A stretch of 64,000 bases of DNA from Candidatus Latescibacterota bacterium (GCA_965217865.1 CBDCJO010000002.1:3968001-4032000), one strand, 5' to 3'. Positions 51,016 through 61,539 are shown, counted from the first letter of the stretch. The notes: generated by a model from the sequence alone, not told the origin. Translations and numbers: made by a program.

Positions 51016-53898
51016 TCCCTGAAAGTGACAATCCTGCTGGGATCAATTTTAACCGGTCCGAACAGCCCAGAGGGGAAGGGCCGATGGGTCTCATCCGGCA
51101 GCCCCGTTTGCCATGGGTCGGCCTTCTCTAATGCGGAGGACAAGGCGCCCTCCTTTTTCTCTCCCGGATAGGGGAAACGGATCGGGCCGTATCGGTTGAC
51201 GAGATCCTCGTAGTCCGGATCGGGGTCACCGAGCACCTTGTTGATCAGCAGGTTTGTAACCACAATGCGCAGCGCATTTTTACCCGGCCGGACCAGATCG
51301 GTTATGGCCAGCCTTCGCGGGGCCATCCAGGAGACGCCAGCGGGTCTTTCGTTGACGAACACCTCAGCGATCTCGTGTACCCTCCCGAAGTCCAGGAATA
51401 GGATAATCCCGTCCGACATATAAGCCTCCGAAAGCGAAAAACTCGCGGAGTAGGTTCCACTTCCCGAATAGGTCCTCGCAACAAGGAAATCCGTCCAGGA
51501 ACCGAGTTCAACCACTTCCAGACTTTCCCCGTCGTCCTCGAAACTCAAACGCCAGGGACCTTCAATTTCCACTGTCGGTGGCAGGGCCGGGACTTTTGTC
51601 CAGAGAACGCCTGAATCGGTCTGGATAAAGTATTTTCCTCCGGGGCCAACCCGCGCTTTCGCTTCACCGGTTTTCACGTCCAGCACCTTACGGGTGTTCG
51701 TATCGGTCGCGTGCGGTTTCCCGTTCGGGGGCCCGAAGACCAGGAGCTGCGAACCGAAGGCAGGTAGGTCCAGGGGGACAAAGGTCCGGCCCCCTCGATG
51801 GAAATAGAGGGATATGGGTTCCACATCACCCGTGAGGGGTTCCCAGGCCTCAGGGATTTTTCCTTCGACCCTGAACGAAGCGGTTACCTTTTTCGGTTGG
51901 TCTCCCTGATTGGATATGAAATAGATATCGCGTTCTTTGTCCTGCCGGTGAATATGGTAGAGATCGGGATCGTGCTTCGGCAGGTAGAGGTCCGGGTCTA
52001 CGTGCTGAGCGAGCACCTCGATCATCGTCCCCTCGTCCGGGACCAGATATGCAAAGCCTTTTCCGATGGGGTGGACCTGGACTACGCTTTCGGGCCCCCC
52101 TTCCCCAAACAGGTCGTTCACTGTCTTCCGGACTTTCCGGCTCTCCCCCTCGAAATCCCGAAGGCTGGGGGATCGGTCCGGGAGGCGACGGGTGGCGATC
52201 ACGATGCCGCCGGCAGCAGCAAACTCCCTGATCCGGACTATGGCCGAGGCGGGGATGGAGAAAAGATTCGGGAGCACCAGGACGGAATATCGCTGGTTTC
52301 GAACGACCATCGTCCCATCGACGACCTCCGCGGCGTTGATTAAGAGGTCGTCATTGATCAGGTCAAAGTCGTATCCCCCTCGCCGGATGGCCATCGGAAC
52401 CTCAAGGGCCCATCCACTTCTCGACTTCGGAGGAAAGATGCAGGGTGGGAAACGCCCCCTTCCGCCAGTGGCCCCAGGTGTCGTTGTAGGGAAGGTAGAC
52501 ACAGAGATCCGCCACGAAATGCCCCTGTCTCAGCGCATAGCTGATCCGGCCCATGTAGTCCGAGAGTGGACGGTAGTATTTCCACCAGGTGTTGTTGTGG
52601 TTCGCCAGGATCGAGGCATAGAAGACCCAACCCGGAACACCGACAGAGGGGGGGGAGTAGGAGTAGCCGTGATGAACGATGTGGTTGATCCCATCCTGGA
52701 AAAACGCGTCTGCGGAGGCCTTGATCTGCTCCATGGTGACGATATAGCGGGGCCTCTGAAGCCAGGTGAAGGCTTCCGCCGAGCAGATCTCGCGCCCGTA
52801 GAGGCGGGTTGCGGAGGCTGCCTGCCGCCGGACAGAGATGATCACGTGCGGGCCCGAACCTTCCCCCTCCGGAATCTGTGACACACCGTAGGAGCGGAGG
52901 ACGTCGGACGGGGTCCCGTGGGCTTGAACTCGGGCTTTCAGGCCGTTGTCGGCGCACCAGGCCGCGAAGGGCTCGAAGAATTTCTCCAGTGACAATTCGG
53001 AGAGCGTTTGCCAGTAGTCGAATCGCACCAGGGGTGTCTTTGGGCCGATGTCGTTCCACAAGGCGGGCAGGTAGGGACCCAGGTCATAGGCGCGCCGCTT
53101 CCTGAATTCATCGGGGAAGGCCGGGGTCCAGTCCGACCCGAAGACCTCCCAGCTGTCACAGAACATGGCTCGAACGGTTTTCCCAAACGCGGGGCCCACC
53201 GCTCCTCGAAAGGCCTCTCCCACCCAGTCGATGTGCTTCTGGAGCGCCTCGAGACTGAAGTGGTCGAGGACGCGCCCCTCACTCCCCACGGTCGCCCGCT
53301 TGACCATCTGGCGGGTGTGACTCCTGAAGAAGGCCATCATCTTCCAGGACCCCTCGGGGACCTCCCAGGTGATTCCCCCTTCGGCCGAGACCAGACTCGT
53401 CAGGTCTGTCATTCCCGCTTCCTCCAGCGCCCCCCCCGCGTCCCGGGCGGCCAAAACCCGTAGAAGCTCCTCATCCTCCCCCGTTCCGCCGGGAATCTTC
53501 CCGTTCATCACTGACGGTCCGCTCAGGTTTGAACTGTAGTATTTAAGGCATCCCGCGGACAAGGCTTTCGGAATATGCGGTCCCCCGAAGGGCCAACCGC
53601 TTCCGAACGTGATGTCCACGATCATCCCCAATTCTTGCGCCTTTTGGACCGCGAACTTCAACATCTCCAACCATTCGGGAGAGAGGTAGTGAAGGTGCGC
53701 GATTCCCCGACCCGGGTCATCCACATCGAGTGGGTAGACCGGCTGAATCTCCACCCCTCCGATTCCTTTGTCGCGCATCTCCTCCAGCTCCCGGGCAAGT
53801 TCCTCCTTTGTCACGGCGGTTCCGAACCACCACCAACGCATGAAGGGCCTGCAGTCCATGGGCGGATTCCGGAACTCTTCCAGGTTCAGGCCAGCCAT
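51012..53898 (-). CDS. GH106-like (alpha-L-rhamnosidase-type) glycoside hydrolase, one frameshift (~960 aa rejoined)
   Basis: RPFMRWWWFG, GIGGVEI, GSGWPFGGP, FCDSWE, AEAFT, GGYDFD, YSGSGTY and PSGLFGPV motifs. An extra base at 52406-08 breaks KWMG/LEVP. Confidence 0.85.
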
Positions 53899-54003
53899 AT
53901 CAGGATCCCTTTCGGAAAACCCGTAGATCGTGGATCGTGATTCGGGGATCGGAAAAGCAAAAAAAACTTTGGCAATTCATCCAATAATTCCCATCGATCA
54001 TTA

Positions 54004-54075
54004 ACGAATCACGAATCACGAATCACGAATCACGAATCACGAATCACGAATCACGAATCACGAATCACGAATCAC
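54004..54075. repeat. Perfect heptamer tandem array (ACGAATC)x10
   Basis: Counted directly; faces an inverted degenerate array at 53921-53952. Confidence 0.95.
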
Positions 54076-54098
54076 TATCCCCGGGTTTTGGATCATCC

Positions 54099-56060
54099 CT
54101 AGAAATTAACCTTTCCAGTGATCATGGCCAGAAGGGGGAAGAGGCTCTTCGAGACCGCTTCTGCCAGGATTAAACCCAAAAAGAACGGCCTCGTCCGACC
54201 GTAGAGCGATGGCCCCCCGTATTTCAACACGTTCCGTTTCACCAACCAGGCCACCAAGACATTGATCCAATAGGCCCAGGTGGGAAGGTTTCCTATGAGG
54301 AAACCCACCGGAAGAATCGGCCACCAATAGAACAGTTTCCGGGCAAGGATAAGCAAGCCCATAATCACCGCTCCCAACCCCGACCAGAAGAGGCGGATGG
54401 GCTGTCCCTCGGAGGGTTCGACGATGGCTCCCCCATAGTAATTCAGGTGGTAATTCAACGCCTTGATCACATAGTAGTGGTCCGTAAAACCGTAGGCTCC
54501 CAGGCTGTAGGCATAGTGCAGCATCGTGGCCGCAGCCGTCACACCCCCTACGAACAGCGCAAGGAAAGCGAGAGTCAACATCGGGCCAGATCGACGCCCT
54601 TTCCGATGGGTCAGCTTGAGAGTCGTCGATGTGCTGGCCATCACGTGGGTCCTTGCCGGAAATGACCAGGGTTGCGCCAGGAAAAAACCGGCTGTTGTGG
54701 GCCCACCAAGCATCCGGGTTCCGGCCGAGTGGAGGAACAATTGCATCGGGCTGAGGGGGGCCCTGAGCACCAACCCGGATTCGGCCAAGACCCGTGTGAC
54801 GCCCGTGAAGGTCACGACCATCACCCCCAGGAAGATAGGGATCACCCATAGTGAGATGCCGGTCAACCGGAGCCAGCCACCTATGAACACCACACCGACG
54901 AACGAACCGATGACCGCAGATCGATAGGATAGTATCTCATCCCCGTCATCCACATCGGAGGCCGACCCGAAGGCCTTTCGAAATACATCCCTCAGATGGC
55001 CCCGGGCTTCATAGAGGCCGAACCCGACAAGAACGACCAGGGCCCCGATCGCTTCCTGATGCAGGTGGGTATGATGTGCGTATGGGGTATAAGGAGGGCT
55101 TCCCAGGAGGGGACTCCCCGAGAGGATGATCAGGTAGGTTTGGAAATATGAGATGAGGGTGAACAGGAGGATGCTGCCCAGGATCTCGAGGGACACCAGG
55201 TAGCAGATCCCCAGGATGTAGAAATCGGTGTAGAAAGGCAATCCGATTGAATTACGGAAGAAGCGAACGTAGAACGAAAAGTTAATGGTTTTGATGAAGG
55301 GGAGGAAACCGTGGAGGATCCTGCTGAGCCCAACCAGGGCGGGGACAGCAAAGCCTGCCCAGAAGACTTTGTTTCGGAGGAGGGGCGGTTCGCCCGCATC
55401 ACCTTCGATCAGTGACAGGGGGAGCTGTGCGATGGGGAATGGAAGGCGCTCCTGATCCATCCAGGGTTTCCGCAGGATCACCATGACCGATATCATCGTT
55501 AAATAGAGCGCCCCCAACATCATTCCCCAGGCGAGCAAGGGGCCGACCCAGGATCGATACGGGGCTCCTTCACCGGACTCCATCCCTTCGAAGAATCCCT
55601 TTGCCACGGAGGGATCTTTGATCGCCAAACCGTCGGGCAGAATGGGTAATACCTGGCTGTCCCACTTGTTATCCGGAGTGGCGTAATGTGCGAATCCCAC
55701 CATGTGCGGGATCAGTTGACTCATGAGCCCCCTGGTAGAGACCCCGGACACCATCAGCAGCATGGAGAAGATGATCAGGAGCTCCCTTGGCGCCAATCCC
55801 GAATGGAGGATTCCGACCCGTTTCAGCAGCGTGGTGATGCAGATCAGCAAACACAGGAAAAACAGGGCGCCTGAGCCGTGTCCGTCAGAAGTCAGGGCCG
55901 CAAGTCCGGTTGCACCGACGGCCTGTACCCCGACGTCCAGATAGGCCAGGAGCCCGCTCAGGACAAGGCCGATAAGCGCAGCCCGCAGGGTTACCCCCGA
56001 GGATATTCCTGCCAGATTTTGCCCGGCCCCCCCGGGCTGATGTGAGGAATCCTGTTTCAT
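54099..56060 (-). CDS. Polytopic membrane protein, DUF6785/DUF6784-like putative transporter
   Basis: ELL.IFSML, W..PLLAW, ILRKPW...ERLPFPIAQLP, WWPILPVG, AWLVK...LKYGG...RPFFLGLIL motifs. Confidence 0.75.
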   Translation of the reverse strand: MKQDSSHQPGGAGQNLAGISSGVTLRAALIGLVLSGLLAYLDVGVQAVGATGLAALTSDGHGSGALFFLCLLICITTLLKRVGILHSGLAPRELLIIFSMLLMVSGVSTRGLMSQLIPHMVGFAHYATPDNKWDSQVLPILPDGLAIKDPSVAKGFFEGMESGEGAPYRSWVGPLLAWGMMLGALYLTMISVMVILRKPWMDQERLPFPIAQLPLSLIEGDAGEPPLLRNKVFWAGFAVPALVGLSRILHGFLPFIKTINFSFYVRFFRNSIGLPFYTDFYILGICYLVSLEILGSILLFTLISYFQTYLIILSGSPLLGSPPYTPYAHHTHLHQEAIGALVVLVGFGLYEARGHLRDVFRKAFGSASDVDDGDEILSYRSAVIGSFVGVVFIGGWLRLTGISLWVIPIFLGVMVVTFTGVTRVLAESGLVLRAPLSPMQLFLHSAGTRMLGGPTTAGFFLAQPWSFPARTHVMASTSTTLKLTHRKGRRSGPMLTLAFLALFVGGVTAAATMLHYAYSLGAYGFTDHYYVIKALNYHLNYYGGAIVEPSEGQPIRLFWSGLGAVIMGLLILARKLFYWWPILPVGFLIGNLPTWAYWINVLVAWLVKRNVLKYGGPSLYGRTRPFFLGLILAEAVSKSLFPLLAMITGKVNF

Positions 56061-56652
56061 GTCTAAAAGGTTGGTGGCATCATAGTGGTGTTGGACGGAG
56101 AGGCCAGGTTATAACTGTGTAGCAATGGGGGAGGTTAGACGGCCAGGCTTCGCTTCTCCCGGTCGCGACCAAAAAAGATGTATGCATCCTTAAGTAGAAG
56201 TTGGATTGTAAGACTCTAAACAATCGGACAATTCCTTTGGATCACCCCCTTAAGAAGGCCACAGTACTCCAGAGAAAAAGGATTGTCAACATAAAAAATA
56301 GAGAGATAAGCTCAACAAGGGTCGGGAGATGGGAAGGATTTCAACGGGATGTAAAGAGGTTTGGACGGGGTTCCGAGGGGTTCGGATTTTCTGCCCAATT
56401 GTGATTTGGATTACATTTTTTGGGGAGAAATTTGCCGATAATAAGAAGGAAATATTTCCCCGAATCAAAGAAATTTCGGTAAGATCATTTATTCTGTGAA
56501 AGTTATCGAATAGGAGACCGGTCGCGTCGGGCGATGGCCTTAAGATCATAAGAGATGCCCGAGAGCAATTGCCTCAGAGAAATGCACTCCCTGTTCAGCG
56601 GGTCGAAAATTGGCCATTTATTCGTCCCCCTGATCTGTATTACCAAATCTCC

Positions 56653-56680
56653 CCCATGCCGATATGGTATGGGTTTTTTT
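56653..56680 (+). terminator. Intrinsic terminator in the 5' leader of the lytic transglycosylase gene
   Basis: CCCATGCC-gatat-GGTATGGG followed by T7, ending 17 nt before the probable ATG. Confidence 0.7.
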
Positions 56681-56697
56681 ATGTCAGGCTTATCAGG

Positions 56698-57378
56698 ATG
56701 TGGAATTTAAAAGGATTCTTGAAAAACTTTCTCCTTTCGGCCGCGATTGTCGGCCTGGCCGCCGCCAGTCTCTCCTTCATACAGAACACCCGCAGCATCC
56801 AACAGGTCGGAAGTCCCGAAGATCTTCGGAGCCGTTTGGCCGCTCTAAAAGATATCCGCGATCAGATTCGAGCGTTCGGCGAACAACAGGAAGCGACCGG
56901 AGATATCGTTAAACGTCTCGCCGTGATTCGATACTATGCGGTTTACTACGGGATTGACACCGGGCTTTCAGCAACCGTCTTTGAAGTCGCGACGAAGAAT
57001 GGCTTCGATCCCGACCTGATCTTTCGGATCATAGAGGTCGAATCCAGCTTCAGGTCCTCCGTCGTATCCCATAAAGGTGCGGTGGGGCTGATGCAGGTCA
57101 TGCCTTCAACAGCATCGGGATATGGGGTGGATCGCCCCTCTCTGTTCGACTCCCTCACAAACTTGCAGGTGGGCGTTCTCCACCTGAAATATTGCCTTTC
57201 CGCAGAGGACAATGATCTGGTCCGGGCCCTGGACCGTTATAACCGGGGATATCGACCCGACCCACATCATCGCTACGCAAAACGCGTTTTAGAGGGAAGG
57301 GACGAGAGCTCTTTAATTCCGAATCCTCCCAACATCCCCTTAAAAGAAAATGTGGAAATATTGAAGTATAGAGGATAG
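56698..57378 (+). CDS. SLT-domain lytic transglycosylase
   Basis: N-terminal anchor; IIEVESSF, VSHKGAVGLMQVMPSTA and ALDRYNRG motifs. Confidence 0.9.
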   Translation: MWNLKGFLKNFLLSAAIVGLAAASLSFIQNTRSIQQVGSPEDLRSRLAALKDIRDQIRAFGEQQEATGDIVKRLAVIRYYAVYYGIDTGLSATVFEVATKNGFDPDLIFRIIEVESSFRSSVVSHKGAVGLMQVMPSTASGYGVDRPSLFDSLTNLQVGVLHLKYCLSAEDNDLVRALDRYNRGYRPDPHHRYAKRVLEGRDESSLIPNPPNIPLKENVEILKYRG

Positions 57379-57624
57379 ATCGTTTCTCCCAAACTTCCGC
57401 AAGTCCATTTCCCATACCCTCCTTTAGTACTCCCTGTCGTAATTCTCAAGGATCATCGCATCCTGCCAACCTTATTCTATTGATATCATTTGTGCTTGCG
57501 GGACGGGATCATATTTACTATCTTATTCTATGATTTTGGCTCAGTTCGATCGGGCGAAGTAGGCTGATGTCGTTAGGAAAGCTACGCCGGTCCGGTGTGG
57601 TTTTTTGATTTTAGGAGAAATCCT

Positions 57625-57942
57625 ATGCGCTCCTCTATGAGAGGGCGATCTCATCTAAGAAGCCAGAAGGTAAAGCCTGCGGAGAAGGAACCGCCAAAGG
57701 CAGAAAAACAGTCTGTCCACATCGTGTTCGCCAATACGACGAATCCCGAGACCGGCGCACAGATCTCAAGGAAGATCATCGGAATCTTTGGAGATCGGAA
57801 GGATGCCGAGAAGTTAGAGGAGACTTTTAATCAACAGGAACAGCAGGCCGATGATGTGGTCGTCAAGGCATTCTCGAGCCGGTATGCCCTTCCGTATGTC
57901 GCCCCTGTCGTCAAGGAATTGCTGGTGCAGCCGGATGAGTGA
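57625..57942 (+). CDS. Hypothetical protein with a single copy of the domain in 1852..2367
   Basis: RBS AGGAGA; VHIV..PETG.Q.SR..IG.F....AE..EE.FN...KAFSSRY.LPY. Confidence 0.75.
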   Translation: MRSSMRGRSHLRSQKVKPAEKEPPKAEKQSVHIVFANTTNPETGAQISRKIIGIFGDRKDAEKLEETFNQQEQQADDVVVKAFSSRYALPYVAPVVKELLVQPDE

Positions 57943-58001
57943 GGCTATCGGGGCATCCAGATTTTTCTGAACAGAACTGCGGGTTTATCGTTATTAAATC
58001 G

Positions 58002-58047
58002 AGTCAGGGAGCCTGAGCGTTAGAAAGGCCCTCTGGCTTTTTGTTTG
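58002..58047 (+). terminator. Probable terminator
   Basis: AGTCAGGGAGCCT...AGGCCCTCTGGCT imperfect stem followed by TTTTGTTT. Confidence 0.45.
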
Positions 58048-58146
58048 TCTGGGAGATCAAGAGTCATACGCAGACCGACCGTTCTGCATGAGAATGGGGA
58101 TGGAAAGATGAGAGAAGCCCAGGATCAGAAGAGGAGGAACACGAGG

Positions 58147-58641
58147 ATGCTGGTTCCGACGATTATTATGGGAACCCTGGCGATTATTCTTGTTCTGGTG
58201 GGATACTACCAAGGCCAGGGGCAACATATCGGAGGTCTAAGATTATCCATTCGTATGATCGCAGAAATTCTACCCCTGTTCATGTTTGCGTTTGTTGTTG
58301 CGGGCATGATCCAGGTCCTTATTCCGCAGGAGGCGATATCCAAGTGGGTTGGCGCCGAGTCGGGAATGCGAGGTATCATCCTGGGGACAGTCGCCGGAGG
58401 CCTCATTCCCGGGGGGCCTTATGTGAGCCTGCCTGTTGCAGCCGGGTTTTTGCGAGGGGGTGCAAGTGTGGGGTCGGTCGTCGCATTTTTAGCGGGATGG
58501 TCGCTCTGGTCCATCCCCAGGTTACCGATGGAGGTCGGGATATTGGGTTGGCAGTTCACCCTGGTCCGGATCGCGAGCACATTCTTTTTCCCCCCCGTTG
58601 CCGGGTTGATCGCTCAGACTTTTTTCCCAAGTGCGAAATAA
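58147..58641 (+). CDS. Predicted permease (ArsP/DUF318-like, half size)
   Basis: ISKWVGAESG.RGI...GGLIPGGPYVSLP...E..ILGWQFT motif; hydrophobic throughout. Confidence 0.8.
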   Translation: MLVPTIIMGTLAIILVLVGYYQGQGQHIGGLRLSIRMIAEILPLFMFAFVVAGMIQVLIPQEAISKWVGAESGMRGIILGTVAGGLIPGGPYVSLPVAAGFLRGGASVGSVVAFLAGWSLWSIPRLPMEVGILGWQFTLVRIASTFFFPPVAGLIAQTFFPSAK

Positions 58642-58703
58642 GCGAAAGTCCCGGGGACCCAGTTCGCGATCCTGGAAAATCGAACCCCTTTGACCTTTTC
58701 CGA

Positions 58704-61283
58704 TTATGTTTTTCGATGATCGGCGAGTCTCCGCACGGCCTGTTCCACCTGTCGTGCGGCTTCTTTGTAATCCCCGATCCCTTCGAGGGTGACCGGGGCA
58801 CCGAATTTTACCCCTACACGCCCCCTGCGGGGCCATTTTTTATGGATCGAGAAGACCTCGAACAAACCGTCGATATGGATCGGGATAACCGGAATCCGAA
58901 GGCCGATCCCCATCAGGCCGATACCCGGTTTGAAAGGGTTCAGTTCTCCGTCGGGGGAACGAACCCCTTCAGGAAAGACCAGTGGGCAGTATCCCAGATC
59001 CGCAAGCTCTCCAGTGTAGATCAGCGCCCGGCGAATTCGACCCATCTCCTGCGGAAGGGGGTAGGCATTGAAAAGGCCACAGGCGATATAAAACTTAATC
59101 GCACTTGTCAACCTTGCGGAAAAAGGAAATCCTTCCGGATGAAAATAGGGCTGAAAATAAGCCTGCATCATCGCGGGTGCCAGACGCCACCGCCATTCGA
59201 AGGGGAGGGAGGCCAGGATGGTGGGCGTATCGAAATGACTCGTATGATTGGCGGCGAAGATAACGGGGGGCCGGACCTTTTTGAGATTCTCGCCACCTTC
59301 CACGGTGATATCAACGATCCAGCGGAGTATGGGCAGGAGCGCGCACTGGAGAGCGGTCACACGGGACCAGCGAACGGGAAAAGACCGGGTCCACCGGGGA
59401 AGGTTGAACCGAACCGGTTTGTCCGGACCCTTCGGGATTGTCCGACCTCGTCGAGGTAAACCGCTTTCGAGCAATGAAGATTCAAGGCCTTCGGATGACC
59501 GGTCCAGCCACGCCTTGACTTCCCCCAGAGAAGACAGGCCGGCGAAGGTTTCCTCTTCCAGTTCCAATCCGTATCGATCCTCGAGCGCCGAAAGGAGATC
59601 GACCCTTTCAAGGGAGGACAATCCAAGATCTTCGACCAGCCGGTGGTCGTCCCTCAAATCCGACGTGTTCCTTCCGGCCATTCGAGCGATAATACCTTCG
59701 ATCCCAGGGGCCTCTTCCCCCTCTTTGTGTGGTTTGCTTGACGCCGTCGGGAGTAGGCGACCGGCCACTTCCCGCCTCAGGAGCTTCAGGGTCGATGGCG
59801 TTCGAGGAAAGCTCTCTTCAGGCCAGATGGACCAGGCTCGAATATGCTGGTGGGGTTCCAGCACCCGATTTGCCTTTTGAATGATTTTTTCGGGATTGGA
59901 CCCTTCATCTTCCAGGATCAAGGCGGCGTGAACGCGTTCTTCCCCGTTTGTCGGAAGGCCGACCACCACGCTCTCACGAACTTCAGGGAGGCGATTCAAG
60001 GCGGATTCAACGTCCTGCGGATGGACATTGAGCCCGTCAGAAGTCACGATGACGTCTTTTTTCCTTCCTTTATAGTAAAGAAGCCCTTCCTGATCGATTT
60101 CCCCGATATCCCCTGTGTGCAACCATCCGTTTTCAACGATTTTCGAGGATTCTTCTCCGGCCCCCATGAATTCCGTGACCACGTTCTCACCGCGGACCAG
60201 GATTTCACCGTCGGGGGCTATCCTGATTTCCTGTTCCCCGAGTGCCTTTCCGAGGGACCCCCGGCGCGTTTTGAATGGGTGATTCACGGACACCACGGGG
60301 CTGGTTTCCGTAAGACCGTAACCCTGAACCAGAATAAAACCGTGCCGGGACCAGAATTCCTCGATTTCAGGGTCAACCCGCGCCCCTCCCACGACGACGA
60401 ACCAGAACTTCCAGCCGAACTCCGCGTGGATAGATCGAGATCGCCAGGAGCGCCTCATGAAGGCCAGGGCGCCCTCTTTTTGAGGCGTTGTTGGAAGGAG
60501 ATCGAATCTCCGATCCAATTCGTTTTGGAGATTCATGAGGAGACGCGGGACGGCGACCAGGACCGAGATACGTTCCCGCCGTATGATCCGGATGATCGCG
60601 CTGGGGCGAAGGTCGCTCGAGTAGACCGCGGAGCCTTCGAGGAGCACGGGGATAAAAGCGCCAAGCGATTGCCCGAACATATGGCTGAGGGGGAGCATGT
60701 CCAAAAATCGGATGGGTTGGAAGGGACGTGCATATTTTTTGTAACGATCGATCTCCTTCTTGAACGGCTTCAGATTCGCGCAGATGTTGCGGTGACGATG
60801 GACGACGCCCTTGGGCTCTCCAGTAGTTCCGGAAGTAAACACGATTTCCGCGATGTCATCGGGTTCGACATCAGAGACTTCGAATTCCGCTTTTTCCGCG
60901 AGCCCATCGATTTGATCGAAAGAAAGCCCCTCTATCTGGAGCGGCGGGACGGCCTTTCCGTGAACCAGCAGGCGGGCTCCGACAATATCCTGGATCCTCC
61001 GGACAAGCCGGTCGGAGGATCGAAAATCGATCGGGACCACCGCAACACCTGAAGCCAGACACCCCCAGAAGGCGATCAGCCACTCCGGCCGGTTTTCACC
61101 CCATATTAACAGCCGGTCTCCCTTTCGGATTCCCCGCTCATCCAGAAAATCGATAAAGCCTCCTATTCCCGCCAGAAGCTCCTTGTAAGTGAGTTTAATG
61201 GTGCGAAGGCCGGTGTGGAATCGGACGGCCTCGCAATCACTAAGCCGACGCATATCGGGGAGGAGATCGAGAAGTGTTTTCAT
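58704..61283 (-). CDS. AMP-binding acyl-CoA synthetase / carrier domain / PlsC acyltransferase fusion
   Basis: FTSGTTGEPKG, QGYGLTE, LHTGDIG; DLGLSSL carrier motif; NHTSHFD and FPEG. Confidence 0.9.
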   Translation of the reverse strand: MKTLLDLLPDMRRLSDCEAVRFHTGLRTIKLTYKELLAGIGGFIDFLDERGIRKGDRLLIWGENRPEWLIAFWGCLASGVAVVPIDFRSSDRLVRRIQDIVGARLLVHGKAVPPLQIEGLSFDQIDGLAEKAEFEVSDVEPDDIAEIVFTSGTTGEPKGVVHRHRNICANLKPFKKEIDRYKKYARPFQPIRFLDMLPLSHMFGQSLGAFIPVLLEGSAVYSSDLRPSAIIRIIRRERISVLVAVPRLLMNLQNELDRRFDLLPTTPQKEGALAFMRRSWRSRSIHAEFGWKFWFVVVGGARVDPEIEEFWSRHGFILVQGYGLTETSPVVSVNHPFKTRRGSLGKALGEQEIRIAPDGEILVRGENVVTEFMGAGEESSKIVENGWLHTGDIGEIDQEGLLYYKGRKKDVIVTSDGLNVHPQDVESALNRLPEVRESVVVGLPTNGEERVHAALILEDEGSNPEKIIQKANRVLEPHQHIRAWSIWPEESFPRTPSTLKLLRREVAGRLLPTASSKPHKEGEEAPGIEGIIARMAGRNTSDLRDDHRLVEDLGLSSLERVDLLSALEDRYGLELEEETFAGLSSLGEVKAWLDRSSEGLESSLLESGLPRRGRTIPKGPDKPVRFNLPRWTRSFPVRWSRVTALQCALLPILRWIVDITVEGGENLKKVRPPVIFAANHTSHFDTPTILASLPFEWRWRLAPAMMQAYFQPYFHPEGFPFSARLTSAIKFYIACGLFNAYPLPQEMGRIRRALIYTGELADLGYCPLVFPEGVRSPDGELNPFKPGIGLMGIGLRIPVIPIHIDGLFEVFSIHKKWPRRGRVGVKFGAPVTLEGIGDYKEAARQVEQAVRRLADHRKT

Positions 61284-61539
61284 GGTGTCGCCACGGAGGA
61301 TTTCTATATATTACACAGGGGTCGGGGGCCAGGGAAAATTGAAGATCGACGATTGAAGATTATTGAAGATTGAAAATCGAAGAGATCCAAATGGCCACAG
61401 TAGTCCTGAGGTGTTCAAATCTTCAATTTTCCGATATTCAATATTCAATGAAGTTTGGGAGGTGAGGGGGAATTCAAATGCAAAATGCAAAAACCCGTGT
61501 CGCGCCCAAAAAGGAATGGTTCAAGAACTGTAATAGAAG

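Noticed and set aside
19299-52408. Frameshifts at ~19300, 20040, 20657-61, 33435, 34729-31 and 52406-08 as programmed frameshifting or phase variation
   Set aside because: Each is a single-base indel, mostly in short homopolymers, with no slippery heptamer or long tract. One-base repair restores the repeat consensus, so sequencing error is the simplest explanation. Reads are needed to confirm.
56434-56441. GCCGATAA as a sigma28 -10 element for the transglycosylase
   Set aside because: There is no TAAA -35 element at the proper spacing.
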